From a virus (lineage: Duplodnaviria > Caudoviricetes), in IMG/VR virus record IMGVR_UViG_3300027804_002460, positions 1,513-65,512 of that record: 64,000 bases of DNA. One strand, written 5' to 3'. A program made the position numbers and the translations under genes. Below are positions 1 to 10,002 of this stretch, piece after piece; position 1 is the stretch's first letter; every line of letters begins with the position of its first letter. Below the pieces are notes generated by a model. It made no database searches, was not told where the DNA came from, and worked only from the letters and a program-made list of their open reading frames with translations.

Positions 1-1835
1 TTCCACTTGATCCATTTGTTCCAGAAGTCCCATTAGTACCTGATGTACCATTAGTACCTGATGTACCATTTGTCCCACTAGTACCATTTGTACCATTAGT
101 TCCACTAGTTCCATTTGTTCCACTTGTACCGTTTGTTCCGTTAGTACCAGATGTTCCGTTGGTGCCGCTCGTACCATTTGTACCTGATGTTCCATCTGTT
201 CCTGAGGTTCCGTTAGTGCCAGATGTTCCGTTCGTTCCACTAGTTCCATTTGTACCATTTGTACCTGAAGATCCATCTGTTCCATTGGTTCCATTAGTTC
301 CGTTAGTACCTGAGGTACCATTTGTTCCGCTAGTACCATTAGTTCCGTTAGTGCCTGATGTTCCATTCGTTCCGCTAGTACCATTGGTTCCATTTGTACC
401 TGAAGTACCGTTAGTTCCATTTGTACCATTTGTACCTGAAGTTCCGTTTGTACCTGAAGTACCGTTAGTGCCTGAAGTACCATTAGTTCCGCTAGTTCCA
501 TTCGTACCATTTGTACCTGAAGTACCGTTTGTTCCACTAGTTCCGTTTGTTCCATTCGTACCAGAAGTCCCATTAGTACCATTTGTTCCGCTAGTTCCAT
601 TTGTACCATTCGTTCCATTAGTTCCTGAGGTACCATTAGTCCCTGATGTTCCATTCGTTCCGCTAGTACCATTGGTTCCATTTGTACCTGAAGTTCCATT
701 TGTACCTGAAGTTCCATTGGTTCCTGAGGTTCCGTTAGTGGCAGATGTTCCGTTGGTTCCGCTAGTACCGTTTGTACCATTAGTTCCTGAAGTTCCATTA
801 GTTCCTGATGTACCATTTACACCTGATAAACCACTTGTACCATTCGTTCCACTTGAACCATTGGTCCCGCTAGTTCCATTTGTGGCCGATGTACCATTCG
901 TTCCATTGGTTCCTGATGTTCCATTAGTTCCGTTTGTTCCGCTAGTACCGTTGGTACCACTTGAACCGTTTGTGCCGTTTGTTCCATTAGTACCGCTTGT
1001 ACCATTAGTTCCATTAGTTCCTGAAGTTCCATTAGTACCGCTTGTCCCATTAGTACCGCTTGTCCCATTAGTACCGCTTGTCCCGTTAGTTCCGTTAGTA
1101 CCTGATGTTCCGTTAGTTCCGTTAGTTCCTGATGTTCCGTTAGTTCCGTTAGTTCCGTTAGTACCTGATGTACCATTGGTACCACTTGAACCATTAGTTC
1201 CGTTAGTGCCTGATGTTCCATTAGTTCCGTTAGTGCCTGATGTTCCGTTTGTTCCGCTAGTACCATTGGTTCCATTTGTACCTGAAGTTCCATTTGTACC
1301 TGAAGTTCCATTGGTTCCCGATGTTCCATTAGTACCATTTGTTCCTGAGGTGCCATTAGTACCATTTGTTCCTGAGGTGCCATTAGTTCCATTGGTTCCT
1401 GAAGTTCCATTGGTTCCTGAGGTTCCATTGGTTCCTGAAGTTCCATTAGTTCCGCTAGTTCCATTTGTACCTGAACTACCATCTGTTCCGTTAGTGCCTG
1501 AACTACCATCTGTACCATTAGTTCCCGAAGTTCCGTTTGTACCATTAGTTCCCGAAGTTCCGTTTGTACCATTAGTTCCCGAAGTTCCGTTTGTACCATT
1601 AGTTCCCGAAGTTCCGTTTGTACCTGAAGTACCATTTACCCCTGATAACCCGCTTGTACCATTACTTCCGTTTGTGCCTGAAGTCCCATCAGTACCATTA
1701 GTACCTGAAGTACCATTAGTACCTGAAGTCCCGTTGGTTCCGCTCGAACCGTTTGTTCCATTTGTACCTGAAGTCCCGTTGGTTCCGCTTGAACCATTAG
1801 TTCCTGATGTACCACTTGAACCAGATGTACCACTT
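1..1835 (-). repeat. Coding 9-nt-period tandem repeat (Gly-Thr-Asn / Gly-Thr-Ser)
   Basis: Degenerate GTTCCATTA/GTACCTGAA units with synonymous variation; near-identical 27-nt blocks at ~1510-1620. Confidence 0.9.
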
Positions 1836-2647
1836 GAACCTGCAGCACCAGTTGCCGTAACACCTGTAATACTTATAATTCCACCTTGATTATCATATAA
1901 ATCAATCGTACTCGACGCACTAAAATATGTTCCGCCTGTTGTATAAGTGTCTCCTGTTATATTAACACCATTAACAATTAAAGATCCTCCTGATACGGTT
2001 AAACCTGTAACAACATCAAATGATGCAGTAAACACACCACCGTTATCATCGTATATTGTAAAACTATTATCGTTATTATATGTAAATCCTGTAATACAAC
2101 AACCACCTGTATCTAACAATCTCCAATTAGAATTCGCAGTTCCACCACTGTGTCCTTGAATAGTTGACCCCGTCCAAGCACTAATTAGTGCCTTTCCTGC
2201 CACTGAATTACTTTTAACTGTAGTTCCAAATTTTGATTGTACCACCGTTGGTCCTCCAGGTCCTGAGGCTGCTAACGCATTATTCCAAAGTGTTGTATAA
2301 TTTGGGATGTTATATTGAAATATCTCTTGTGTTGAATATACATATGCTAACATACCAAGTCTTCTACGACCCGATGAAATGTTATCTGAATTTAATGTTA
2401 AAACATCGGGTGAAAAAACTGATCCGCTACCTTTTTGAAATTGTATTGGAATTGTATTACCTGAAAATTCTATATCTCCTTGTGAACCTGATGGTATGGT
2501 GTATATTAAATCCTGAAGTTCATAAACTTCTACATAACCACCAACACCATATATACTAAAATTAGTACCAAATGTTTGACTTGGTTGAACTGAAAAAGTT
2601 CCAACCGATAATAAAGGTGTTTGTGGGTTTTTATACGGATTTGCCAT
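1..2647 (-). CDS. Gly-X-Y (GTN/GTS/GSS) repeat fibre-like virion protein, 3'-truncated by the window edge (>880 aa)
   Basis: Manual translation from ATG at 2647 (MANPYKNPQTPLLSVGTF...) stays open to base 2. About 270 aa of unique N-terminus, then ~600 aa of GTSGTNG/GSSG triplets. Not in the ORF track because it has no stop in the window. Confidence 0.85.
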   Translation of the reverse strand, partial: MANPYKNPQTPLLSVGTFSVQPSQTFGTNFSIYGVGGYVEVYELQDLIYTIPSGSQGDIEFSGNTIPIQFQKGSGSVFSPDVLTLNSDNISSGRRRLGMLAYVYSTQEIFQYNIPNYTTLWNNALAASGPGGPTVVQSKFGTTVKSNSVAGKALISAWTGSTIQGHSGGTANSNWRLLDTGGCCITGFTYNNDNSFTIYDDNGGVFTASFDVVTGLTVSGGSLIVNGVNITGDTYTTGGTYFSASSTIDLYDNQGGIISITGVTATGAAGSSGTSGSSGTSGTNGSSGTNGTSGTNGTNGSSGTNGTSGTNGTSGTNGTDGTSGTNGSNGTSGLSGVNGTSGTNGTSGTNGTNGTSGTNGTNGTSGTNGTNGTSGTNGTDGSSGTNGTDGSSGTNGTSGTNGTSGTNGTSGTNGTSGTNGTNGTSGTNGTNGTSGTNGTNGTSGTNGTSGTNGTSGTNGTNGTSGTNGTSGTNGTNGTSGTNGTNGSSGTNGTSGTNGTNGTNGTSGTNGTNGTSGTNGTNGTSGTNGTSGTNGTSGTNGTSGTNGTNGTSGTNGTNGTNGSSGTNGTSGTNGTNGTSGTNGTNGTSATNGTSGTNGSSGTNGTSGLSGVNGTSGTNGTSGTNGTNGTSGTNGTSATNGTSGTNGTSGTNGTSGTNGTNGTSGTNGTSGTNGTSGTNGTNGTNGTSGTNGTNGTSGTNGTNGTSGTNGTSGTNGTNGTSGTNGTSGTNGTSGTNGTSGTNGTNGTNGTSGTNGTNGTSGTNGTSGTNGTNGTSGTNGTSGTNGTNGTNGTDGSSGTNGTNGTSGTNGTSGTNGTSGTDGTSGTNGTSGTNGTSGTNGTNGTSGTNGTSGTNGTNGTSGTNGTSGTNGTSGTNGTSGTNGSSG

Positions 2648-2659
2648 TATATACTATTT

Positions 2660-3685
2660 TTATGGTTGGGTATCACTACCTCTAAAATAAATATTGTTAT
2701 TATTGTTTAATCTAAATATTTGGTTAGGGAATGTCGTATAAACTCGATAAGTTCCTGAAGGAATTGTTGATCCTGTGTAATTAACTAAATAACTATTAAT
2801 TGTAGGTTCAGTTCCAACAGATTCTTGTTGAGTTGGGTTACCCATTGCATTTATGTAGATTTCAGTTTGTATTTCATTGTTTGTTGCAATTACAGGAATA
2901 AACCAAGTGTACCACGCTTTTGAAAGTACTGTACCTGATTTAATTTCTGTTGTGAAGAAATTATATTTACTAATTGGATTTCCAAATGCATCATCACCAC
3001 CTGTAGTCTGTGGAACAGATTGAACGACTATACTTGGGAATTGCCCATTAGTCCATGAAGCATAATTCATATATAAATTCATATCTATATTGAATTGTGT
3101 CTGACTTTGTGTTGGTTGAGAAGCATTAGTAAATCCAAAGAAGTTAGAACCATTTGCGTACATATAAGATCCAATTGCGGATGATCCTGAAACAGGTTCT
3201 ATAAACAAGTATGCGAAATAGTTTGGAGGTGTAGTTGGCGTCGGCGTTGGCGTCGGCGTCGGTGTTTGTGACAAACAAGGAGGAAGAGTAGTCGTTGGTG
3301 TAGGTGTAGGTCTTGGAGTCCTTGTTGGTGTTGGAGTTGGGTTTTGTGTTGGTGCAGGTGTTGCAGAAGCACAAGGTTCGTATGTTGGTGTTACTGTAGG
3401 TGTTGGTGTTGGTGTAGGAGTCGCAGTTCTTGTTGGTGTTACTGTAGGTGTTGGTGTTGGTGTAGGACGTGGTACTTGTAATATGTTAGTACATTTGTCT
3501 TCATATGTATAAATTGTGTATGTTCCGTAAACTTCTCTTGGTGGGATTAATAACGAAGGTTCAAAAACCAAAGGTAATGTTACATCACCCAAATTTATTA
3601 CAACAGGATCATTATCAGGCGTGAACAAAACATTGGCTAATTCACCGTCGTGATTGATACTATTTATTGTAATAATTTGACTCAT
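2660..3685 (-). CDS. Putative virion protein with long Pro-Thr linker
   Basis: ORF track 2660..3706; likely start MSQII at 3685, with a TATTTATT motif 18 nt upstream. (PT)n/TPTP tracts at ~3236-3470. Confidence 0.7.
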   Translation of the reverse strand: MSQIITINSINHDGELANVLFTPDNDPVVINLGDVTLPLVFEPSLLIPPREVYGTYTIYTYEDKCTNILQVPRPTPTPTPTVTPTRTATPTPTPTPTVTPTYEPCASATPAPTQNPTPTPTRTPRPTPTPTTTLPPCLSQTPTPTPTPTPTTPPNYFAYLFIEPVSGSSAIGSYMYANGSNFFGFTNASQPTQSQTQFNIDMNLYMNYASWTNGQFPSIVVQSVPQTTGGDDAFGNPISKYNFFTTEIKSGTVLSKAWYTWFIPVIATNNEIQTEIYINAMGNPTQQESVGTEPTINSYLVNYTGSTIPSGTYRVYTTFPNQIFRLNNNNNIYFRGSDTQP

Positions 3686-3733
3686 TGTATTTCTCAATAA
3701 ATACAACCATAACCTTATTTATATCTTTTTGAT

Positions 3734-5980
3734 TTAACCTAAAGTAAAAGAAACTCTACCTGTTGACCCCGTTGTTGTTGTAGTTGTTGTTGTCACATCA
3801 TTAGAAATGATATATGTATAATCATTAGGAGCACATGTTTCAGTATTACAAACAGGACAATCAGGATCAAACATCATGAATTTATCTTTCAATAATTTAA
3901 AATTATGTTTGACTTCAGGTGCCGATAAAGGTTCTGTATAAAATCTAAATTGAGATATACCACCTTCAAAAGTTCCTGCAAAATTTTCTTCTAAAAGAAT
4001 GTGAGTTTTAAGTTTATTTAAGGTTGTTGCACTTAAAATATTTTCAGGAAAACATTCAGGATCTTGTATATAATCACCAATTGTTGTTGCTGTACAAGCA
4101 GATAATGTTAGATTTTCATGTAAACCTTGAGTTCCTCCACCCCAAGACATGTTAAATGGAACCGCAACTTGTTTTTCTTTATCGGTATCCAAAGCTCTTG
4201 GTATTACTTCTTCAAAATCCTCAATTGTAAAAAATATTCTACCATTTACAAAAATTCTTAATCTTCCTCTTCTAAATTTTGTCTCATCCAACCATGTTTG
4301 ATTTAGTTGTACTATTTCAACTTGTTTTGGAATTTCATACCCGTTTGTAACTGGTGGTTCAATCAAAGAAACTGTGTTATTTGCAAGTGATGCCAAATAC
4401 TCAAGTCTTGTTATCTGATCTAAACCTCCAAACCATCTTAAATCACAATAATCAATAAAAGTGTATCTTTCAAATACAACATCTAGTTGGAACCAATGCT
4501 CGTACTCCAACCAAGCGGGATTAGTTTGTAAACAAAAAGGATAAATTGGTGGTGTACAAATATCTTGTATTGTGTATCCAGTTACATATGTTTGTCCTGT
4601 TACACATGTTCCTGTAGTCTCACAATCTCCCGTTATTTTTAAAACTCTAATACCAATTCCGGGATTTTTTGGGTCACCACATAATCTGATTGAGAAATTG
4701 TTTGATAGTGCATCAAACTTAGGATCTTTTTCACATGTATCCTCAATTGATGAAAATGTGTCAGATGGATATGCGGGTGGACAACCACAACTATCACACC
4801 CACAACTAACACATGTTGTACAACAAGGTTTTGGTGGACATGCAACTTGTGTTGGGTATGTATCACAATTAGGTGTCGGGGTTGGTGTCGGGGTTGGCGT
4901 AGGAGAAGGTACTATAATTGTATTACATTTATGTTCAAAACACATCCAACCACAAGTAAGACAAGGATCTAAATCACAACCACAACCACAAGTAAGTTTG
5001 GTTTCATAATTTCCATGACAAAGATTACAACCATAATTAAAATGTGGATCGTAGACACCGCCAATTGGTCTTGGTGGGTATACGTATATACATCTACTAT
5101 TCTTTACTTCATAATTGCAACACGCACATGTTTGAAAGCATCCTGCTAATTCTGAAGTAACCCTAACATAATTAGGATCACATTTTGGTGAACCGTCCGC
5201 ATAATGATAAAATTTATTCTCAGCTCTTGTTCCTAAATAAAATAAAGTATTTTTATTATTTGGGTAAATTTGATTTAATGTTTCGTATCCAGGTTTTGGG
5301 ATGTATTCATTAATCAGTCTAGGTTTTAAGATCATTTCTACAGACCAACCTTTTTTCATTCTTTCAGGTAAGATTTCATAATCATAACCAAATAATTTAT
5401 AAAATCCTTGATAAAACCCACCATATAATTCAACGTATCTACCCACTTGTGGATTATTTTTAGATACCATTTCATAAGCCGTATATTTTGGTATTCCTGA
5501 AAATTTATTATTTTGTGGGACATTTGTAGTTGTTTGAATAAACTTCATTCGTCTATCATAAAACATTCTATCAAACTTAACAGCGTCTGTGAATAAACCA
5601 TTTGTATAGTTTAAAGTTTCACCAACAATATTGTCAACTAAACCATTATCTATTCCCGTTAAACCAATATCACAAGTTGTACCTGCGGTAAAACAATCAA
5701 TTCGTAAATCCTTAGGTTCATAAAATGATTCTGAGATTACAACATTATTAGGGTTATATACACCATAGGTTAATTTTAAGTTTTGAGTTGATAATGGACT
5801 ATTCAAATCAACATTCACAGGTAATTTCTCACCATTGTCGGCACCTATTATATATGGAGAAAAAACTACCTCTTGATTAAAGTCTACCTCATCAGACGCC
5901 AAAGACATATCTTGCCCATCATAAATGAGTTGTAACTTTAACTTTGGGTAGTTATATTGATTTATATTTTGGTATGCCAT
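3734..5980 (-). CDS. Putative virion protein: Cys-rich segment, PT linker, C-terminal LamG/concanavalin-like domain
   Basis: 748 aa ORF. CCTTCVSCGCDSCGC cluster; C-terminal RLRIFVNG...FEGGISQFRFYTEPLSAPEV resembles the end of LamG-like folds. Confidence 0.6.
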   Translation of the reverse strand: MAYQNINQYNYPKLKLQLIYDGQDMSLASDEVDFNQEVVFSPYIIGADNGEKLPVNVDLNSPLSTQNLKLTYGVYNPNNVVISESFYEPKDLRIDCFTAGTTCDIGLTGIDNGLVDNIVGETLNYTNGLFTDAVKFDRMFYDRRMKFIQTTTNVPQNNKFSGIPKYTAYEMVSKNNPQVGRYVELYGGFYQGFYKLFGYDYEILPERMKKGWSVEMILKPRLINEYIPKPGYETLNQIYPNNKNTLFYLGTRAENKFYHYADGSPKCDPNYVRVTSELAGCFQTCACCNYEVKNSRCIYVYPPRPIGGVYDPHFNYGCNLCHGNYETKLTCGCGCDLDPCLTCGWMCFEHKCNTIIVPSPTPTPTPTPTPNCDTYPTQVACPPKPCCTTCVSCGCDSCGCPPAYPSDTFSSIEDTCEKDPKFDALSNNFSIRLCGDPKNPGIGIRVLKITGDCETTGTCVTGQTYVTGYTIQDICTPPIYPFCLQTNPAWLEYEHWFQLDVVFERYTFIDYCDLRWFGGLDQITRLEYLASLANNTVSLIEPPVTNGYEIPKQVEIVQLNQTWLDETKFRRGRLRIFVNGRIFFTIEDFEEVIPRALDTDKEKQVAVPFNMSWGGGTQGLHENLTLSACTATTIGDYIQDPECFPENILSATTLNKLKTHILLEENFAGTFEGGISQFRFYTEPLSAPEVKHNFKLLKDKFMMFDPDCPVCNTETCAPNDYTYIISNDVTTTTTTTTGSTGRVSFTLG

Positions 5981-6033
5981 GAGTTTTACTTATAAATACA
6001 ACAAATGAAAGTATTTATTGTAAAAACTATATC

Positions 6034-6918
6034 ATGATAGAATTGAATAAAGAATATTTTGAAAAACCTTATTATTTCTTTTTGAAAGATAAAGGAAGTA
6101 AAGTTGGTGTATATTATTCTGTATCTGAAACATTATCTGAATCTAGGAAAGAAGATGAATTTATTGAAGTTGATAAATCAGTATTTGAAGAAATCCAAGA
6201 TGTAATTTCAAAAATTTTAAAATCAGGTAAAAAATTAACAAAACAGCAAGTTCATAAATTAATTGATTCTAAAACTAAAAAAGAAACTAAAGATGGTGAA
6301 ATTGATGAGTTAGTTGATCCTGACGGATCTTTAATAAGTTCTAATATCCCTGTCCTAAATCAAAGAAACTTAGCTAAAAAGACTATGGACCAAACGGTTC
6401 GTATGACTAGAGCACAACAATGGCCTTTTATCCGTGTCTACTATGGTGAATCTGAAGATGTAAAAAATAACACATTAAGTGAAGTTGATCAATCAGAGTC
6501 TTTTGGTTTTGAGGAAACCGAATTTGCACCTACTTATGATGTCGCAAATAAAATATTGAAAAAGATGGAAGTTGAGGATCCCATTGAAAGGGATGAGAGA
6601 TTAAAAAGATTGGGTTTTGATAGAAACTTAGATAAAGAATTAAAAAACGAAAAGAAACAAGGTAAATGTAAAAATTGTTTTACAAAAAGAAGATTGTCTG
6701 AATTAGAAAAAGAAAAAATGGAAAGTTTAATTGATGAAATATTACTATCAAAAAAAACTAAAGAGAAAGAAGTTGTAAAGAAAACAAAAGAAGATGATAA
6801 ATTATCTAAACCAGTTTCTAAAATTTTAATAAGAAATATTGAAGCAATTAAAAGACTTGCAGATAAAGAAGGTATTAGTATTGATAAATTGGTAAAACAT
6901 TTAAAACAAGGTGAATAG
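6034..6918 (+). CDS. Hypothetical phage protein
   Basis: 294 aa ORF, TATTTATT 22 nt upstream, first gene of a + strand operon. Confidence 0.75.
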   Translation: MIELNKEYFEKPYYFFLKDKGSKVGVYYSVSETLSESRKEDEFIEVDKSVFEEIQDVISKILKSGKKLTKQQVHKLIDSKTKKETKDGEIDELVDPDGSLISSNIPVLNQRNLAKKTMDQTVRMTRAQQWPFIRVYYGESEDVKNNTLSEVDQSESFGFEETEFAPTYDVANKILKKMEVEDPIERDERLKRLGFDRNLDKELKNEKKQGKCKNCFTKRRLSELEKEKMESLIDEILLSKKTKEKEVVKKTKEDDKLSKPVSKILIRNIEAIKRLADKEGISIDKLVKHLKQGE

Positions 6919-7381
6919 TAATTTATATAATAAAACTATTGAACTACCAAAAGAAGTAGTAGAGTATCTTCAAGTATGTTTTGATCATATTCCTAATTCA
7001 GATCCTTCAATTGAAGGTCACAAAAGAAATGAAGAATTAAGAGATACTGGATATGTTACGTACCAACAACTCGGTAGAATAAAAAATTGGTTTGACAATT
7101 ATGAGGGTGATGGGACAGACGCTCCTTTTATTTTGAATGGTGCTGACTACATGAAAAATTGGGTTGAGAATACAATTCAAGGACTAAGAAAAAATGATAA
7201 TTTTTCAAATCAAGTACAAAACGATTATATGCCGGATGAAATAGATGATAAATTAATTAAAGATTTAGGACCTATTGCGGATATGTTAAGACCCTCTAAA
7301 GAACATAGCACTTTTTCACAAGATGTTAGAATTAAAGAAGACCTTGACAGAATAAACCAAATAATGAAACAAATAATTTAA
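6911..7381 (+). CDS. Hypothetical phage protein
   Basis: 156 aa ORF overlapping the previous stop. Confidence 0.75.
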   Translation: MNSNLYNKTIELPKEVVEYLQVCFDHIPNSDPSIEGHKRNEELRDTGYVTYQQLGRIKNWFDNYEGDGTDAPFILNGADYMKNWVENTIQGLRKNDNFSNQVQNDYMPDEIDDKLIKDLGPIADMLRPSKEHSTFSQDVRIKEDLDRINQIMKQII

Positions 7382-7382
7382 A

Positions 7383-7667
7383 ATGCAAACAGAAAGATTA
7401 GATTTTAGCCAACCAGCAAATGATTTGACTGCAGTTGCTGACATCCAAAGAAAGAGCCTTCTTGTAAAAAACGATTACAAAACGGTAAATCCTTATTCTG
7501 CGGTTAACCCTGATGCTTTGTCAGATGGAGATGAGTCAGGTAAAGGTACAGGAATTTTCTTAGATACAATCAATGGTGGTTCATCAATTGATATTATTGA
7601 AAGAAAAAATGAAATAAAAATCAATGAATACCAACCAAACAAACCATATACGACTCCATCAGCATAA
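7383..7667 (+). CDS. Hypothetical phage protein
   Basis: 94 aa ORF, translationally coupled. Confidence 0.7.
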   Translation: MQTERLDFSQPANDLTAVADIQRKSLLVKNDYKTVNPYSAVNPDALSDGDESGKGTGIFLDTINGGSSIDIIERKNEIKINEYQPNKPYTTPSA

Positions 7668-8065
7668 TGAAACTTTACAACACATTAAATAAACTTATTT
7701 TAGAGGTAGCAACAGCTGATCAAATAACTGATGCTATAAGAAATAAAAAAGTATGTGTTATTTATTACAACGGTGATGAACCTGGAGGTAAAGGTTTAAG
7801 AGTTATTGAACCTGTAGCTTACGGTTATAGTAAAAAAGGTAACCCTGTATTAAGAGCTTGGGATAGAGAAGGATCTTCTCATAGAGCTTTTTTAGGTAAA
7901 AAACCTCTTCCGAGTTGGAGATTTTTTAGAGTAGATAAAATGGAATTTATTAGACCTACTCAAGAAATTTTTGATACGCCTCGACCAGGTTACAATCCTA
8001 CAGGGGACAGAAGTATGGAAAGAATGATAATTAACGCAGTATTTGGAAACGAAAATATAACATAA
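7667..8065 (+). CDS. Stand-alone WYL-domain protein
   Basis: IYY...RVIEPVAYG...VLRAWD...WRFFRVDKM matches the WYL pattern Y..R.V.P..L...YL.A...R.FRLDRI. Confidence 0.7.
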   Translation: MKLYNTLNKLILEVATADQITDAIRNKKVCVIYYNGDEPGGKGLRVIEPVAYGYSKKGNPVLRAWDREGSSHRAFLGKKPLPSWRFFRVDKMEFIRPTQEIFDTPRPGYNPTGDRSMERMIINAVFGNENIT

Positions 8066-8066
8066 T

Positions 8067-8684
8067 ATGAATTCAGAAGCAGAATTACTACAAAAATTAA
8101 TGGTCTCAAAAAAGATCATGGAAAAACATAATGATATGGGTAGAGGTCAAGCTCGTAACATAAACATGGGAAATGATTACTCAAGTCCAATGGTTGAAAG
8201 TTATGACGCTCCTGTTGCAAAATACAATTTACCTGCAGATATTTTAGAAGAATCAAGACCTGTATCACAACCAAGACAATCAAATATACCTATGGAAGAT
8301 AGAATTGCAAGTTCTAAATTACCTGACGAAATTAAAAGACTAATGATGGAACACCCCATCCAACAACCTACAATGGGTATGTCATCAGGAGCGGTTTTAA
8401 GTAATGATTTAGTAGAAAAAGCTTCAAGGTTAATGAATACAAATGCTAAAGGAGATCAAATTATTGAAGGTAAACAAAGACAACAAACACAACAAGTACA
8501 AACATCAAGTTCATTATCGGCAAATCAAATAAGAGAAATTGTTAGAGAAACAGTCCAAGACGTTTTAAAAGAAAACGGTCTTTTGGTTGAATCTGAGTCA
8601 AATAGTGGGGAAATGTTTAAATTTAGAGTTGGTCAACATTTATTTGAAGGTAAAGTTTTAAAAGTTAAAAAAATCGCAAAATAA
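8067..8684 (+). CDS. Hypothetical phage protein
   Basis: 205 aa ORF followed by an intrinsic terminator. Confidence 0.75.
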   Translation: MNSEAELLQKLMVSKKIMEKHNDMGRGQARNINMGNDYSSPMVESYDAPVAKYNLPADILEESRPVSQPRQSNIPMEDRIASSKLPDEIKRLMMEHPIQQPTMGMSSGAVLSNDLVEKASRLMNTNAKGDQIIEGKQRQQTQQVQTSSSLSANQIREIVRETVQDVLKENGLLVESESNSGEMFKFRVGQHLFEGKVLKVKKIAK

Positions 8685-8707
8685 AAAATACTTTTCAGGC
8701 GTGAAAT

Positions 8708-8739
8708 AAATACTCATCTTATGATGGGTATTTTTTTTT
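8708..8739 (+). terminator. Rho-independent terminator
   Basis: AAATACTCATC-TTAT-GATGGGTATTT stem-loop followed by a T run. Confidence 0.8.
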
Positions 8740-8788
8740 ATTATTGATTATTGTGTGTAAAATTCTTAGATTTCTACAAAAGAAATTT

Positions 8789-10000
8789 ATGTCTAAAATT
8801 AAAGTATTAGTATTACCTTCCGACACAAGTGGTGTTGGTAAATATCGTTCAGTAGATCCACACATCAATCTACAAAATTTATATCCTAATGATTTCCACA
8901 TTGATATTGATTATAAACCAAGAATTAATGATTTGAATTATTGGCAAAATTATCAAATAGTTCATTTTCATAGAAATTTTGGTGATTTGGATCAATGTCC
9001 AACAATAATTAAGTCTTTGAGGAGTTTGGGTATTATTGTAATTGCAGATATTGACGATTATTGGTTACCTACAAAAGAACACCCAATTCACAACCTAATT
9101 ATTAATGATAAAATGCACCTTAAGATTGTAGAAAATCTAAAGGCGTCAGATTATGTAACAACAACTACAGAAATTTTTGCTAACGAAATTAGAAAATTTA
9201 ACAAAAATGTTATTGTTTTCCCTAACGCAATTGATCCAAAAGAAGGTCAGTTTACAGAACCAACACTTCCTTCTGATAAAGTTCGTGTTGGTTGGTTAGG
9301 TGGATCATCACATTTACATGATTTAAAGTTGTTAGATGGTATGGTTAATAAACTTTCTCCTCTACAAGAAAAATTACAATACTATCTTTGTGGTTTTGAC
9401 ACAAGAGGAAGTGTTACAGAAATTAACAAAGATACTGGAGAAAAAAGACAAAGACCGATTAAGCCTCAAGAAACGGTTTGGTCGATGTATGAACATATTT
9501 TTACAGACAACTATAAAATTATTTCACCTGAATACAAATTGTTTTTAGATAGATTTAAAGAGGAAGAATATCCCGCAATCAAAACTGAAAACTATGTTAG
9601 AGTTTGGACTAGACCTACTGATTCATACGCAAGAAATTACGCTAAATTTGACATTTCATTAGCACCAATTAAAAATCACATTTTTAATAGAATGAAATCT
9701 CAATTAAAAGTTATTGAGGCCGGATTTTACAAAAAAGCTCTCATAGCCTCCAATATAGGTCCTTACACAATTGATTTGAAACATTCATTAAAAAATGGTC
9801 AGTTTGTCGATGGAAATGCATTATTAGTTGATGAGTCAAAAAATCATAGTGATTGGGTAAAAAATATTAAAAAACTTGTTGAAAACCCGAATATGATTGT
9901 AGATCTTGGTGAAAGGTTATACGAAACCGTAAAAGACAAATATGATATAAACAATGTGTCACGTGAAAGAGCATCATTTTACAAATCTTTAATTAAATAA
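8789..10000 (+). CDS. Glycosyltransferase, GT-B fold (GT4-like)
   Basis: Likely start MSKIKVLVLPSD. DIDDYW, VGWLGGSSHLHDL, FNRMKSQLKVIEAG motifs typical of phage GT4-like enzymes. Confidence 0.8.
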   Translation: MSKIKVLVLPSDTSGVGKYRSVDPHINLQNLYPNDFHIDIDYKPRINDLNYWQNYQIVHFHRNFGDLDQCPTIIKSLRSLGIIVIADIDDYWLPTKEHPIHNLIINDKMHLKIVENLKASDYVTTTTEIFANEIRKFNKNVIVFPNAIDPKEGQFTEPTLPSDKVRVGWLGGSSHLHDLKLLDGMVNKLSPLQEKLQYYLCGFDTRGSVTEINKDTGEKRQRPIKPQETVWSMYEHIFTDNYKIISPEYKLFLDRFKEEEYPAIKTENYVRVWTRPTDSYARNYAKFDISLAPIKNHIFNRMKSQLKVIEAGFYKKALIASNIGPYTIDLKHSLKNGQFVDGNALLVDESKNHSDWVKNIKKLVENPNMIVDLGERLYETVKDKYDINNVSRERASFYKSLIK

Positions 10001-10002
10001 TC

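Noticed and set aside
1-1835. Repeat region as a CRISPR array or DGR template
   Set aside because: 9-nt periodicity with synonymous variation; no repeat-spacer structure; no Cas or reverse transcriptase in the window.
817-1863. Minus-strand ORFs 817..1635 and 1636..1863 (MVLQVQ...)
   Set aside because: Alternative frames of the same repeat gene.
159-1889. 576-aa + strand ORF (VPLVPFVP...)
   Set aside because: Antisense shadow of the Gly-X-Y gene; the repeat codons lack stops in this frame. The minus-strand frame has a unique N-terminus and fits the operon direction.
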